DNA from: Microthyrium microscopicum
Taxonomy: Eukaryota
DNA length: 64,000 bases
Direction of reading: 5' to 3'
Assembly: GCA_010405405.1 (NCBI GenBank)
Contig: MU004236.1
Span: 694,576-758,575 of the forward strand
Shown here: positions 1 to 11,889 of the stretch, one piece after another
How positions within the stretch are numbered: position 1 is the stretch's first letter
Layout of the letters: each line of letters opens with the position of its first letter
Position numbers and translations under genes: made by a program
Notes under the pieces: model-generated
The model's input: only the letters and a program-made list of their open reading frames with translations
What the model was told of the DNA's origin: nothing
Database searches by the model: none

Positions 1-2607
1 TGTAACTCGCTGGCGTTCAACTCTAAGAATGTTATCGCTACAGCACTAGAAAGAGTTCGCAACGATTCTGGTCTGAGTTTGTGTGATCTCGGTGGAAATT
101 CGCCAGAACCTTTCAGGAAATTGGCTCCCTCCGAAGGCGTGACAAGTGTCAAATTCTTTGGTCAAAATCCGGACCTGCTCCTGGCTGGAATACAGAAACA
201 GTATGTTCGCTTATACGATTTACGGGACAATCACACTTCAAATGCTCAGCAATGTCCTTCTCGAATTGTACACAATCTGGCGATTGACCCGTTGGATGAG
301 AATTACTTCATATCTGCTGGTCCTGAAAAAGAACCGATCGTTGCAGTCTGGGACAGAAGGCATCTTAGAGTGGGAGGCTCCGTTACCCCCTCATCAGAAA
401 CTGGTCCACAAGGAGCAGTCTTGGAAATGAGACCAGCTCTGGATACTACCAATTCATGCTCTATTTTGAGTCTTCGCTTTTCTGGAGTAAAGCGTGGCTG
501 CTTCGAGGTCTTATCAAGTTCTGGAGAGCTAAGAACTATAGAATTGGCGCAACATGCCGCGAGATCTGATCTAAAGCAATCATCTCACAATGCACTTGGG
601 GGTTCACCGTGGGCTTCTACCATGTATACAAGACGAACACATACCTTGGCACATCCAGCATGGAGCTCTTTACATGGTAGAGATGAGAAGCTCAAGATTG
701 TCTCTTGTGATTTCATGTCCTGGCAGGGACTTTCATCCGACGTATCGTTATTGGCTCTCAATCAAAACAGGCAAATTACAAGGCTTAAGATGCATGGAAC
801 TCCACGAAAGCTCAACATCACCGCCCTTGACGAGATATGGCTATGGAAAGACAGGCCGAAGGTGTTGAAAGTGCGCGAAAGAGCAGAAACTTCAGCCGCA
901 GATCTAATTACCATACAAGAAAAGGCGAATCTTGGAAGCGCTAGACGGACATCCGATCAAAGTCTTCAAAATTCATCTGCTCGCCTTCGAGAGTTGAGTC
1001 TGGAATCCCTCGCTCATAAAACACCGAATCATTACGAATCTCCTTTCTACACTTCTAGTAACGATAAACACGAAGATCTCATGTCAATGAACTTTCCGCA
1101 GTACACACCGTCTTTGGAAGATGCTCTGAAGCTCCTTCCCATCCAGCGTCGCCGCTGTCAAGAGGGTTACTCTCTTGTTCCAGCCAAAAATCAAAGAATT
1201 GTTGATAATGACCCTTGGCTTGTTGACATGTGGGGCATAATACAGCGTTTTGAAGATCTTGCCAAGAACGATGGAATGTACCACGAAGGTGTAGACCTTG
1301 CGTACCTTGGTGTATATGCAATCTGGACTCAAGATTTTAATCATAGAAACCGAATTTTTGGTCGAGACTCGTTCTCATCTGCGGATTATAATGAAGCAGT
1401 CATTTCAATCCTTCAACGACGAGGCTATCCCTCGTTTCAAGGACACAAGACTAAGTTCCCTGCCTTGAGGCAGCTTTGTTTGGCAGTCTGTGGTTGGGCA
1501 TTTTCAAAAGAGGTCCTACGACAGAAATGCCAAATCCTCATGGACCGTGGACAGTACTACAAAGCAATTGTGGTAGCAGTGATGCGTGGGTTCAAAGATC
1601 TCGCACAAGATTTGCTTCGAACCGCTATACAGACCAAACGCCTACAAAATATTGGCTTGGGTGCCGTAATCGCATGCGAGTCTGTTAACGAGGAACAACG
1701 AGAATTATGCAGCTGGATGGCAGAGGAGACCGACGATCCCTACCTAAAAGCCCTCCTGGCCTACTTTGTCTCTGGCGACTGGAAAGTCGTCGCTGACATG
1801 CCGCTCCTCCCCCTCTCCGACCGAATCGGCTGCGCTCTCAAATATGTCGACGACACCCGCCTCACCGAATTTATCAAACTCCAAACCAGCATCTCTGCTG
1901 TGGCCGGTCACACCGAAGGTCTCGTCCTCACTGGTCTTACCGACCGCGCCGTTGACCTCTTCCGCCAATACGTCGCTAAATTCAACGACCTCCAAACTGC
2001 AGTGCTCGCCATGAGCTTCTCCTGTCCGGTCTACGTCTCTGATCCGCGCTTTGACATGTGGCGCGAGACGTATCTCATGCAAATGCAAACTTGGCGCGCC
2101 TTCAACGAACGCACCGCCTATCTAGACGCTCACACCAAACGCTCCAGTGCTCGCTCCGGCGCACGTTTTGGAAACGCACCAGCAAGACCGCTTACGCTAC
2201 GCTGTATTCACTGCCAGGGAACGTTGGCTCCGCATACGCTCAAACGCGCGACAACCAACACTTCTACCGTGACTCAATCCACTACAGGCACCCTCCTGAC
2301 CGTTTCCGCACCCAAAATGCCCTTTTCAGCAAGCGCGTCTGCCCACTCAGGTCTGGTCTGTCCGCATTGCGGACGCGCGATGCCCCATTGTGGTATCTGT
2401 GGTCTGTTATTAGGCGCTCCAGACCCACGTAAAGTGAACGGTGCTGCCGCAGAACTGTTGGCGAAGGAGGATGCCTTATTTAGACAAGCGCTATTCTGCG
2501 TAACTTGCACGCATGTGTTCCATGGAAACCATGCGCGGGACTGGTTCGCGAGGCATAAAATGTGTCCGGTGCCTGACTGTCAGTGCATGTGCGGATTATT
2601 ACATTAG
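1..2607 (+). CDS. SEA4: SEACAT/GATOR2 subunit Sea4/MIOS-like (WD40 repeats plus C-terminal zinc finger/RING); 5' end lies upstream of the window
   Basis: Frame open from base 1 (CNSLAFNSKNVIATALERVRND). WD40-like segments (LYDLR, VWDRR). C-terminal CIHC...CPHC...PHCGIC...FCVTCTHVFHGNHARDWFARHKMCPVPDCQCMC is typical of Mio/Sea4. Confidence 0.88.
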   Translation, partial: CNSLAFNSKNVIATALERVRNDSGLSLCDLGGNSPEPFRKLAPSEGVTSVKFFGQNPDLLLAGIQKQYVRLYDLRDNHTSNAQQCPSRIVHNLAIDPLDENYFISAGPEKEPIVAVWDRRHLRVGGSVTPSSETGPQGAVLEMRPALDTTNSCSILSLRFSGVKRGCFEVLSSSGELRTIELAQHAARSDLKQSSHNALGGSPWASTMYTRRTHTLAHPAWSSLHGRDEKLKIVSCDFMSWQGLSSDVSLLALNQNRQITRLKMHGTPRKLNITALDEIWLWKDRPKVLKVRERAETSAADLITIQEKANLGSARRTSDQSLQNSSARLRELSLESLAHKTPNHYESPFYTSSNDKHEDLMSMNFPQYTPSLEDALKLLPIQRRRCQEGYSLVPAKNQRIVDNDPWLVDMWGIIQRFEDLAKNDGMYHEGVDLAYLGVYAIWTQDFNHRNRIFGRDSFSSADYNEAVISILQRRGYPSFQGHKTKFPALRQLCLAVCGWAFSKEVLRQKCQILMDRGQYYKAIVVAVMRGFKDLAQDLLRTAIQTKRLQNIGLGAVIACESVNEEQRELCSWMAEETDDPYLKALLAYFVSGDWKVVADMPLLPLSDRIGCALKYVDDTRLTEFIKLQTSISAVAGHTEGLVLTGLTDRAVDLFRQYVAKFNDLQTAVLAMSFSCPVYVSDPRFDMWRETYLMQMQTWRAFNERTAYLDAHTKRSSARSGARFGNAPARPLTLRCIHCQGTLAPHTLKRATTNTSTVTQSTTGTLLTVSAPKMPFSASASAHSGLVCPHCGRAMPHCGICGLLLGAPDPRKVNGAAAELLAKEDALFRQALFCVTCTHVFHGNHARDWFARHKMCPVPDCQCMCGLLH

Positions 2608-2636
2608 TCAACGGATAGTAGAATATATGGCATTCC

Positions 2637-2885
2637 CCCAACGAGTGTGATAGCTACCATCATACTTTTTTTTATAGAAACTACGGTATTTCCCATCGCG
2701 GTTGATGGGAGTATGACGCTATTTACGAAGCCTTCCGAATCTCAATTTTCGTTGTGAATTGCATCGCTTCGCAGTGGTTCTGGAAATGGCTGATACTCCC
2801 AACGAGTGCGATGGCTGCCACCAGGTCTTTTAATTAGAATATAAGATGGTTCTCATCGCACTTAATGGAAGTTTGACACTATTTT
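2637..2885. repeat. Degenerate direct repeat, two copies with ~161-bp period
   Basis: cccaacgagtgtgatagctaccatca (2637) vs cccaacgagtgcgatggctgccacca (2798); similarity continues to gtatgacgctattt / gtttgacactattt. Confidence 0.6.
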
Positions 2886-3156
2886 TGAGGTAGTCGATGG
2901 TAGTTTCCGATGAATCCACAGCTCACTTTTTGATGCCTGAGAGCACAGTGCCCAAGCCACTGCTAGTTTTGACTTCAGAGTTGTAAAATCATCCAACGGA
3001 TTACGTAGTGACCTGTTAAGGGGGTGTTCACGTCTCACAGACGGCATGTGGTTTGGTCGCCGGTATATCAATGCAATTCCTCATGCTCAACCGTACTGCA
3101 ATCCCACCAATTTCCTGGAAAACTATCCGTTTCGTAACCCATCAACCAATATCACG

Positions 3157-3602
3157 ATGAGTTTGAGCTGCTGGCTTCAGAACCCCAAATTCAAATGCTT
3201 CTGCTGTCTCTATAAATGCAATAGTGAGGATATATCAGACCATTCGGAGGATTGTCTAGACGACGACTGTCCGACCAAGCACCCTAAAACTGCCAAACAG
3301 TGCAGATACTGCAAGGTAAGCACTCGAAGACTGTTATATGGCCTGTGATTATAAGCTCAGCTTCTTAGGATTACCGATGCTCGCGCACTCTTCGTAATTG
3401 TATATGTCGTAATCACACGACATGTGCGACAGAAATCCGCGGTGTGCGAATAGCCTCTAAATCTAGCACTGGTTCCAGCAAGCCTTCTCGCAAAAGTGTC
3501 TTTCCTCCTGGACAAAAAGGTTTATGCAAATGCTGTAGAGTACTAGGTTTTCTCGCCTTGGAAAGAATGACATTAACATAAATTCAGGATAGAAAGTGCT
3601 AA
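3157..3602 (+). CDS. Small Cys/His-rich putative zinc-binding protein (3 exons: 3157-3315, 3369-3539, 3588-3602)
   Basis: Spliced product MSLSCW..KCFCCLYKC..KQCRYCK|DYRCSRTLRNCICRNHTTC..GLCKCCR|DRKC*. GT..AG introns; paralogous layout with the next gene. Confidence 0.6.
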
Positions 3603-3995
3603 TCAACGGTACTGTGTGCAAGCGCACAGCACAACTGCATAAGACTGCACTTGGGACTAGACGGTGAAAAGGGCGCCTTACAATGATTTCATAAGCACTA
3701 ATGCTTATGAATCTATTGAGAGAGAAACGGCGACAGCGAAGGAAGCTGTGGTCACAGGGCAGGATCCCGGCTATTCACTGATCGAGATATGATTTCTTTT
3801 TGAACTAATTTTTGTCTGATTGATAGAATAACTTCTCTTCAAATTCAATCTGTGAATTCGTTCTTCTCTATTATTCGAACAGACCGTTCGTTGATCTGTT
3901 TGCAAGAACACATCCCGTTCGCTGAAGATGTATATAACAAATCATACTCCAGGGTCATTAGACTCACACCTGAATGCTAATCCAATGAAGTAATA

Positions 3996-4779
3996 ATGTG
4001 CTATACCGCTGAGCTATTTGGAGCTCTTGACTTCTCTACACTCCAGGACGATGATCCCTCCCCCATCCCAGCTGTCTCGATTGAAGAACTGGAATGCTAC
4101 AACGATCTCACTTCCTATACACTGAAAGACGACAACCTCTTTGGCCATGACGACTTGCTCGACAAGTACGATCTCTGGTCTTCCGACCCATCAGACGAAG
4201 TGACCTGTTTCTGCTGCGACACGAACCACAAGACCAAGCTCAAACAGGTTCGACAGAAATACTCCTCCTCAGGAGATCGAGGCAAGCGTGCTAGACACTA
4301 TGCCGCAAAACTGTGCTTCAAGTGCCAGGTGAGCAAACTGTTAGCTCGATACAGCAATTGTCGCTGACTTTGCCATGCTAGTGGGGAGAATGTGGATGTA
4401 CGGCGTTTACTCTTGAATGTCGCTGTCCAACACATACGCGATGTACGAGTGGCAAGGCAGCTGCAGTTGCTTTGAAAGATCTGAAGCGCGTCAGGAAGAG
4501 AAGCGCTCGGAGAAAGGGTGCTAAGAGAACGGGAATTGTAGAGAGCACGCAGTTGTGTCGACGATGTACCGTGAGTATTTCTTCGGACAGGAATGATAAG
4601 TGAAACCGCTGAGAACGAGTTAGCAACTTCGATGTAAGGATCCAGGTGATCTAGCGGTGGTGCTGAAAGCATCCCCCATGCCAGTTCATGTGAATAGAGA
4701 CGAGGATGTACGCGAAATCAGTGACGAAGAAATTCCGAGTGAGCGAATGGAGCCATATTTGTTGTACAAATATCAGTAG
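3996..4779 (+). CDS. Cys/His-rich putative zinc-binding protein with acidic N-terminus and basic NLS-like stretch (3 exons: 3996-4328, 4382-4570, 4624-4779)
   Basis: Spliced product ..TCFCCDTNH..KLCFKCQ|WGECGCTAFTLECRCPTHTRC..KRVRKRSARRK..QLCRRCT|QLRCKDP..YKYQ*. Donors gtgagc and gtgagt; branch sites gctgac and gctgag. Confidence 0.65.
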
Positions 4780-4901
4780 TGATGATATTACTACTTGCTA
4801 TGGTTTAGTAATACTACTTCTTCAATAACCAAGCAATAGCTTTAGCTTTCTGAAACAAAACCACATTCTCTGCCTAGCAAACACTGATGACTACTAACAG
4901 A

Positions 4902-7854
4902 CTATACAGTTGCCACCATCTTCTGAGGCTGTGCCTTGAGGAGCTGTGGTCGCGTCAACGTGTGCACGTCCTGGTGGTTTGAAGTAACGCTACCTTGGCT
5001 AGGGCCGGCGTCCACAATATCCACTGCATTTCCAGCCTCGCTAACATCACTGGAGGCGACTTCCATAGGTACCTCTTCATCTCTAGCCTCGCTACCTTCG
5101 GCGACTTGCGCCGGAAAGATCTTGTTGTCCGACTCCGTAATTTCAGCTTCCGGCTTCTTGGTCTCTACTTCTTTGATCTCGTCTGGAGCAGCAGACACCA
5201 GCTTGGGGTCCAGGAACTCATCATAGCTGCGAATGTCTTCACCAGTTAGTAATGGATTGTCCATGTTGGAGAGTGTGACTTTGCTGCTGTAGACCTGGCG
5301 ATCCATCTCTTTTTGTACATCGAGCGAAGAGTACGTAAGACCAAATACGTTGGGTTCTTCCACGAGAGCGTCGACCCGTGCAGTGCGGTAATTTGAAATT
5401 TCGGCAGCTCCAGAAGCCAGATCGAATAATTGAAAAGCGATAACAGCACCGGGGCGACAATCAGCGAGAGTTGCTGGCTGAAGGTCCTCGACATTGGCTG
5501 GAAGGAGAGGAAGGTCGGCTCCAGGCATTATTTGGGTTTCTTGCTCGTTGTAGTCGAGTTGGATATATGAACCATCAACAGCAGGGCTACTGCGTGATGA
5601 GTTGTTCTCCCAAGTGTAATCGCCATCATGTTGTCCGTATTGCTTTGCCGCCGCTCGCTTGCCCTTTCCTCTCTTGCGGCTGACTTTGGGTTGATGCCAG
5701 CGCTGAGCAAATGGGTACGGAGGAGCTGAATATTGAAACTCTTCCTCCAGGTATCCATCGTTTGCCACAGTTTCGATGGCGGTTACACGCAGTTTTCCTT
5801 TCCATCCATCGGATTCTGGAGCAAGATCTTCCTCTGCCATCACCGTCGTACTAGTATGTCTTAAAAGTCCAGGAGCTTGTTCTTTCTCTGGGGTTGCATT
5901 TGCACTGACACGTCTAACAACGCTGTCCATCAGCTTCTGTCGTAATTTGTCGCCTTCTTCTTTCGTCTTTGGGTTTCTGAGACCCAGAGAGCCGAACACC
6001 ATTCTGTTGGTACTACCGATGTCGAGACGTGGCCTTTTCAGGGGAGGTGTTGCTGGGTCGTCGGACTTGCTGGAGCTGGGCCGCTTCAGATCTTGGGTTG
6101 AAGTAGAATCGATCGGCTCGAGAGTATCAATGTCTACGCCTCCCTGTTCCAAAGAGTCGAGCAATTTTTGGCGGCGGGCCTCAAATTCTGCCTTCTCAGT
6201 ACTACTCTTAGGTGTTTTGGTGGAAGCAAGAACAGTTTGGTTTTGCAAAGACTCATTTGTGCTGGCGTTGGTTTTCTTAGCGTTTGCATCGCTAAAGTGT
6301 GGTTGTGGTGACTCCGTGTGCGTGCGATCGTTTGACATATCGCCCATGGTAGAGTCGGGCCCACGGTACACTCCCCCGTTCTCGTACCATTTGTCGAGAT
6401 CTTCATGAGTTGCATTTTTTGGTAGAATGTTCTGCGCGATCAAAGATCGAAGCTTTTCGGCTCTTTTTCGACGAGCGTTTCGTTTTTTAGTGTTGACGTT
6501 GCCCTCTCCAGGCGGGACCGATATTGAATTAGTCTTTTCTTTGCGGTCATTTTTGGTAGTTGACACACTATCCGCAACCTTGGTTGTCTCTTTTTTAGAG
6601 GACATTTCGGTAGGCGCTTTTGTCGAAGAATCAGCTTTAGTGACCTTCTTCTTTGCAGGTGCCTTGGCTGGCTCTGGCTCTCTTTCGTCAGAACTCGAAT
6701 CAGAGGAATCGGAATCGGAAGAAGAGTCGGACGAAGAATCAGATGAAGAGTCGTTCTCGGAATCTTCACTGGAGTCATCATCACTAGATGAGTCTGAAGC
6801 CTCGCTCTCGGACGACGATGAAGATGAATTGGATGAACCTGTGTCTGAGCTGGAATCACTGCTAGCATCATCGTTGTCCTGATCCGCTGCGAACTTTACA
6901 TGTTTCTTCTTATGCGATTGCCCGGTTTTGGTCTTCCCAGTGTCTTGACTGTCATTTGCTGGCTTTTTCAGAATCTTCTGGCTGGCCTCTTCAGTCTTTC
7001 GCTTTTTGTTGCTTGGATCATGTTTAGAAGCCTTGGGACTAAGTGGCTTAGTTCGAGGTACCTTTTTGGTCCCATCTTTCTTGATAATCTTTGGGCTCGG
7101 CTGTTTGGGCTCATCCTCCATAGCTTCATCATCAACTTCCGAAGCCTCATCGTCAGTGTCATCGTCTGAGCTGCTTATATCATCCATTACTGCATCAGGG
7201 TCAAACTCTTCGTCGTCCTCGTCTTCATCTTCGTCTTCCAAGTAAACATCTAGTTTTCGCTTTGTAGTAGTGGTTGCGCCGGCTTCGGTTTGTAGCTGAA
7301 CCTCGCTCTGATCCATCTCATCACCACTAGTGAGCAGCAGAGGAGCGATTGCGGCATCGCCAATATTGAACTCTGCGGGGTTGTCTGATGGTGGATTTGG
7401 ACGGGGAGGAATATATATTGAAGGGCGAGACGGTTCTCTGAGATATGCGCGTCCGAAAGGAACGCCGTCCGTTAAGTGTTGACCGCCATGATTTATCTGA
7501 GAGCGACCAGCGAGCCGCCGGGCGCGGACCTCCGGTGTTTGTAGCGGACGGATACTATGTCACGAAAACGTTAGCGAGCAGATCAGTGAATACGCGACAA
7601 GTTTGAACTTACACTACATGATCATCCTCCTTGATGACGCTCTGAACGGACCAGAAGTGGAGGCATTCGAAGCCATCTATCTCAACGACGTAGTCTTCAA
7701 GACCCCAGTCATCAGATTCTATGCATATGATAGGATCGATTTCCTTCAGCAAGCGGGAGATGGTGCTGCCTGGATTGAGAAGGCTCTCAGGGATAACCCA
7801 TTGGACATGAGTGGTGGGAAGGCGATGGCGATGGACGGAGAGTTTGATGCGCAT
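4902..7854 (-). CDS. Coilin-like (Mug174-like) nuclear protein; one intron at ~7555-7612
   Basis: Exon 1 MRIKLSVHRHRLPTTHVQW... splices (gtaagt..gctaac..tag) into IRPLQTPEVRARRLAGRSQI..DGVPFGR and on into the 804-aa ORF. Acidic/Ser tracts, TKKRNARRK motif, and C-terminal LPLLP..PGAVIAFQLFDL..EISNYRTARV resembling the coilin Tudor-like domain. Confidence 0.65.
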
Positions 7855-8591
7855 ATTGGAAGACGTAGAAATGGTTCATCGGATTGTTGGAAGCAGAGGA
7901 ATAATGGGGATAAAGTTGGAGTGTCGATGTCAGATGAAGCTCACAAGCTCAAAAAATTGATGGAATAAAAGCCAACGAATTGTGATTGGCTGTCACGCGA
8001 AGAAGGCGCTAGTGCTGCCGTACGTACCCCTGTCACTGACTTTTCATCTCACCTCACCTCCATCTTTGCTCTTCGAGTTGGGGACACAGAGACCTTGGGA
8101 TTTCATCTCTTTCATACTATTCAGTCATATCTAAATATCTATCCCGGAATGTAGAGATGGTGATCGAAATGTGATGCATCTGATGAGAAACCACCTGTTG
8201 GGTTGGACATCATTGATCTCTTCCGGCATGGACGTTAAAAGCTTGGAAAACACATGCCCATACTACTTCTGATCGTAGCTTGCTCATCTGTAAGCTATCG
8301 GGCTGTGAGTCTATCAGATAGAAGCGGAGATGGATGTCGTTATCAATCTTCAAGAACGTTGCGAGGATCGAAGATAGCATCACTGGCACAGAGAACAGAC
8401 ACCGGAGCTATTAAAGCAGCACCAAAGCACCTAAGTATGAGTAGCTACTACTGATAATCTCGACTAATATACTCCGCATGCCTCTCTCTGCTTTCCTCAC
8501 GCAGTCTCTAGATATTTCCAGTCCACAACGTACACTCAATAACTGACTACCTTGAAAGCCAGTCCACTAGCCTCAACTCCTATCCTCTGCT

Positions 8592-9284
8592 ATGCCACGT
8601 TCCTTCCTTGATCTTCCCCCGGAAATCCGCAATGTCATCTACAACCATTACTTCTCTTACCCAGAGTTTCACAGACAGCATTGGCTGAATGAATATCACG
8701 GCCCACTTGCTGCTCAAAAATCGACTACCGCAGAAATCTGGAAAGACTACCTTAAACTATACATTACAATGCGGCATGTCAGCAAACAGATCAAGCATGA
8801 AGCAAGCTATATCTTTTTCAGCACGCACCTGCCACTCATCAACTTCTGCATCTTAAGTCTCGATCAACTAAAATCTCTTCTTGCGATAATTCCAGCTCAA
8901 CAACATCATCGAATTCGTATAGATCTATGGATTCGGGCAGAATATCTGAATTCACGAATGTTTGCACTTATTAGTCTTATCAATCGCGAACGAGGCTATC
9001 CCGAAGGCTTGAATGACATCATTCATGGAAAGATAAGTACTACGCATACTGAAGACTGTAAAGACGCACCATTTAGCTTTCGATTCGAAGGCAATGTCTG
9101 GGCTGTCGACGGCTATTTGGGCCCTGCTGAGACATACTCGTCACTTCGCGATATTCCATTCGTCAAACTCGTCCTTGTGGGAGATGTTGGTAGACTGCCA
9201 TTCATTCAAGCGTTATTCCACAGTACATGGGTGAAAGAGCGAGACTTAACCAGCGACGAGATGGGAATCTGGCATGAAAAATAG
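8592..9284 (+). CDS. F-box-like hypothetical protein
   Basis: 230-aa ORF starting SFLDLPPEIRNVIY, the common fungal F-box-like N-terminal motif. Confidence 0.7.
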   Translation: MPRSFLDLPPEIRNVIYNHYFSYPEFHRQHWLNEYHGPLAAQKSTTAEIWKDYLKLYITMRHVSKQIKHEASYIFFSTHLPLINFCILSLDQLKSLLAIIPAQQHHRIRIDLWIRAEYLNSRMFALISLINRERGYPEGLNDIIHGKISTTHTEDCKDAPFSFRFEGNVWAVDGYLGPAETYSSLRDIPFVKLVLVGDVGRLPFIQALFHSTWVKERDLTSDEMGIWHEK

Positions 9285-9981
9285 AGACCAGGGACTTGTA
9301 AGTCCTCTAGATTTCTCTAGAGAACTTAACAGAGCATTTTAAGCTTGAACTGCGATCAATATTTTGAGACCATTGAATTTGGCTTTTGTGGCGAACAAAT
9401 GCTCCTTAGCCGCCGAGGTTGTTTGATGTGATCAACGCATTGCTTATGGACGGCATTCTGATTGGTCCATCTTCAGCCTTGCACAAGAACGTAGCAATTT
9501 CATATTTTACCGCCCAGCTCATAGGATTGGGCAGACTCTGGCTTGGCTAGATCGGTTTGATCTCTCTCAAGTAGACTTGACGGTTGGTTCATGAGCCGCA
9601 GTTGGGTTGAGCATCGATCCTGAAACTCTAAGAATAGGGGCATTTAGATTGATTTTTGACAGGCCGCGGGTATGGAAACTCAACTGCGCCGCACGAACTG
9701 TAGACAGATATTTCTTCTAAATACTAATACTTTGCCATTATGCATTTTGGGGTTGACGATCTATTTGGGCTATACAACGAATATTTTGTGCGTTCAAACT
9801 CAAAAAAAATTGGAACTCCTACTTCGTGACTTCGATATTTGAGCAACAAAAAAGACAATATTCGACATACATAAATGTTGCTGCAGATTTTTGTAAGATA
9901 CCCTGTTCAAGCCACACTCTACTACGACGGTACAGCATTTTGCTATCTGAAGTTTGCAAAGAAGAAACTCTGCAGATCAAT

Positions 9982-10740
9982 ATGCTCGCAGTACATGTTT
10001 AATGAGGATGACACCTGATACTACTATGATGCTAATGTCTTCCAGGCATTCGTGCTATTATGGCAAACAACACTAGCATACTTCTGCGCTTTAGGCTGCA
10101 CACCAAATTGTCCTTTTCAAACATTTTGCGACCTGTCGCACCAAGTGTGCGGTAACTCCGTTCTGGGAACATGCATCGACATCGTCACTGTCACTAAAGT
10201 CATTCCTGTGCTTACGGGAGCAATACCTACCACTGTCACTCAATACACTGCAACGAGTACTCATTACAATGCCACTGTCACTATGCTGGCTGCCTCGAGC
10301 CTTGCGAAAAGAGTCAGTCCCTTCACATGTAGCATTTCTTTTCAAGATCCCACTCTAACAATGTTCAGGCCAAGACAGAAATACATTCCAGTCCACAGGC
10401 AGAAATCACGCCAAACAATCATTTCAAGCGTGCTAATTCAGTCGCGACACCGACGACTACAGTCACTGTGTCAAGTACACAGCCTATTTCTCAATATTGC
10501 GCCGCAACTAGCGACCCAGCCATGTGTGTAACGACCACCAGTATGGAACTGGTCATACAAGATATCATGACGGTCACAACGCATTTGGCTTCGACGACGA
10601 GTGCAGTCCGAAGCACCGCCAATGGGACTGCAAAAGGTGCATCGTCTACTGCTTCTAGTAGCGAAAGAATCGCTGCTGGTAATGCATTTTGGTTGTTTGC
10701 TATATTTCTGGCTTTAACGGCATCAATAAGGATATTTTAA
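9982..10740 (+). CDS. Small secreted Cys- and Thr-rich, probably GPI-anchored protein (introns ~9991-10045 and ~10313-10368)
   Basis: Spliced MLA|AFVLLWQTTLA signal-like start, Cys cluster, Thr-rich linker, KR sites, and C-terminal SS..AAG followed by hydrophobic tail AFWLFAIFLALTASIRIF. Confidence 0.6.
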
Positions 10741-11088
10741 TATTTTATAGAACAACGAGTTATAAACAGACTTAGAAGATGCTTTGATATAATTATATAT
10801 CTTGGCTATTGCCTGTTCAGTATGTGCATTTGACGGCTCTGTCCCATACGATCGATCATAGCTGCAAATTCTGGGTTAGATACACTAGCTTCCGCAGTGA
10901 AGGAATTAATAAGCCTCAATCCGCGCCATTATAGCGGAATCATGCCATTTTGGAACAGTTACTGTATGATATGTGAATGTCATGAGTCCTTTCACAGGGC
11001 CAGGCTAATCCTAATGGTGTGTAGCACTGAAAGGCATGCGTACACTGTGAGTTATATATGGATTTCCGGCACTTTGAAACATTGTCCA

Positions 11089-11167
11089 GCTCGATTAGCT
11101 CAGTTGGTTAGAGCATTAGACTAATGCTGTTATCTAAAGGCCACTGGTTCAACCCCAGTATCGAGCA
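11089..11167 (+). tRNA. tRNA-Ile (AAT) with apparent 5-nt intron
   Basis: Acceptor GCTCGAT/ATCGAGC+A; D arm GCTC-AGTTGGTTA-GAGC; anticodon stem TTAGA/TCTAA around CT-AAT-G[ctgtt]A; T arm ACTGG-TTCAACC-CCAGT; T-run terminator immediately downstream. Confidence 0.85.
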
Positions 11168-11594
11168 TTTTCTTTTTGGGTCCATGATATCTGCTTGCTG
11201 AAGCCAGAGGCTTCGGTGTTCAGGGTGGTGGCCGTTACACCTTGGGAGTCTTTGTTATTCCTATCAGAAGTAAGAAAAAGCCTCGTGATTATTGGGTTCA
11301 ACATATCAGAAGCAATCGACTTGAACGCCAGATGTGATGGTAAGATGAGAAGAGGAAGAAAGAGAACAGTCAAGAGACTCTTCAATCGACATTTTATACA
11401 CAACAAGGGCATCACGTGCGACATCACGATACATCCCTGGACTTAATGGACCCTACTCTCAATAGAAATGTTTTAGGCACTAGTACTTAATATAATCGTA
11501 TTGAAGAATGTAGTAAAGTGGGCTCTTTTTCAAACTTATTCTATGGATAGTATTGGTTGATTGAGAGGGAAAATATGCCCAAATTGAAGCTTTG

Positions 11595-11889
11595 TGATGG
11601 AATATAGTCCGTGCAGCTTAGGGAATGCAAAATCGGTAAAGGAAACATTAAAGAATCTAATTAACTAACTACTGTAATAACTACGGTATTTATACCCTAT
11701 TAAAGATGTAAAACGTGTCTTCTTAAAGCCTAGAATTTAGGCTATAATAAAGGCAAAAGTAATATATAAAAAGGGGTAGAAAAGGCAAAAAGATATAATA
11801 GTTAATAGAGGCTAAATTTTAGTATTTCTACTTCCTAATCTTAGATTAGGACTAGCGCGGATCTAAGGTTTAGAATAAACCTTCTATTA
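11595..11889 (-). repeat. 3' LTR of the copia element
   Basis: tgatgg...cttctatta; aligns to 20352-20646 with essentially only transition differences. Confidence 0.9.

Noticed and set aside
4936..7245. Several long antisense ORFs over the coilin-like gene (similar ones overlap RSC8, ETF-alpha and AVL9)
   Set aside because: Shadow ORFs caused by codon bias and low-complexity coding on the opposite strand.
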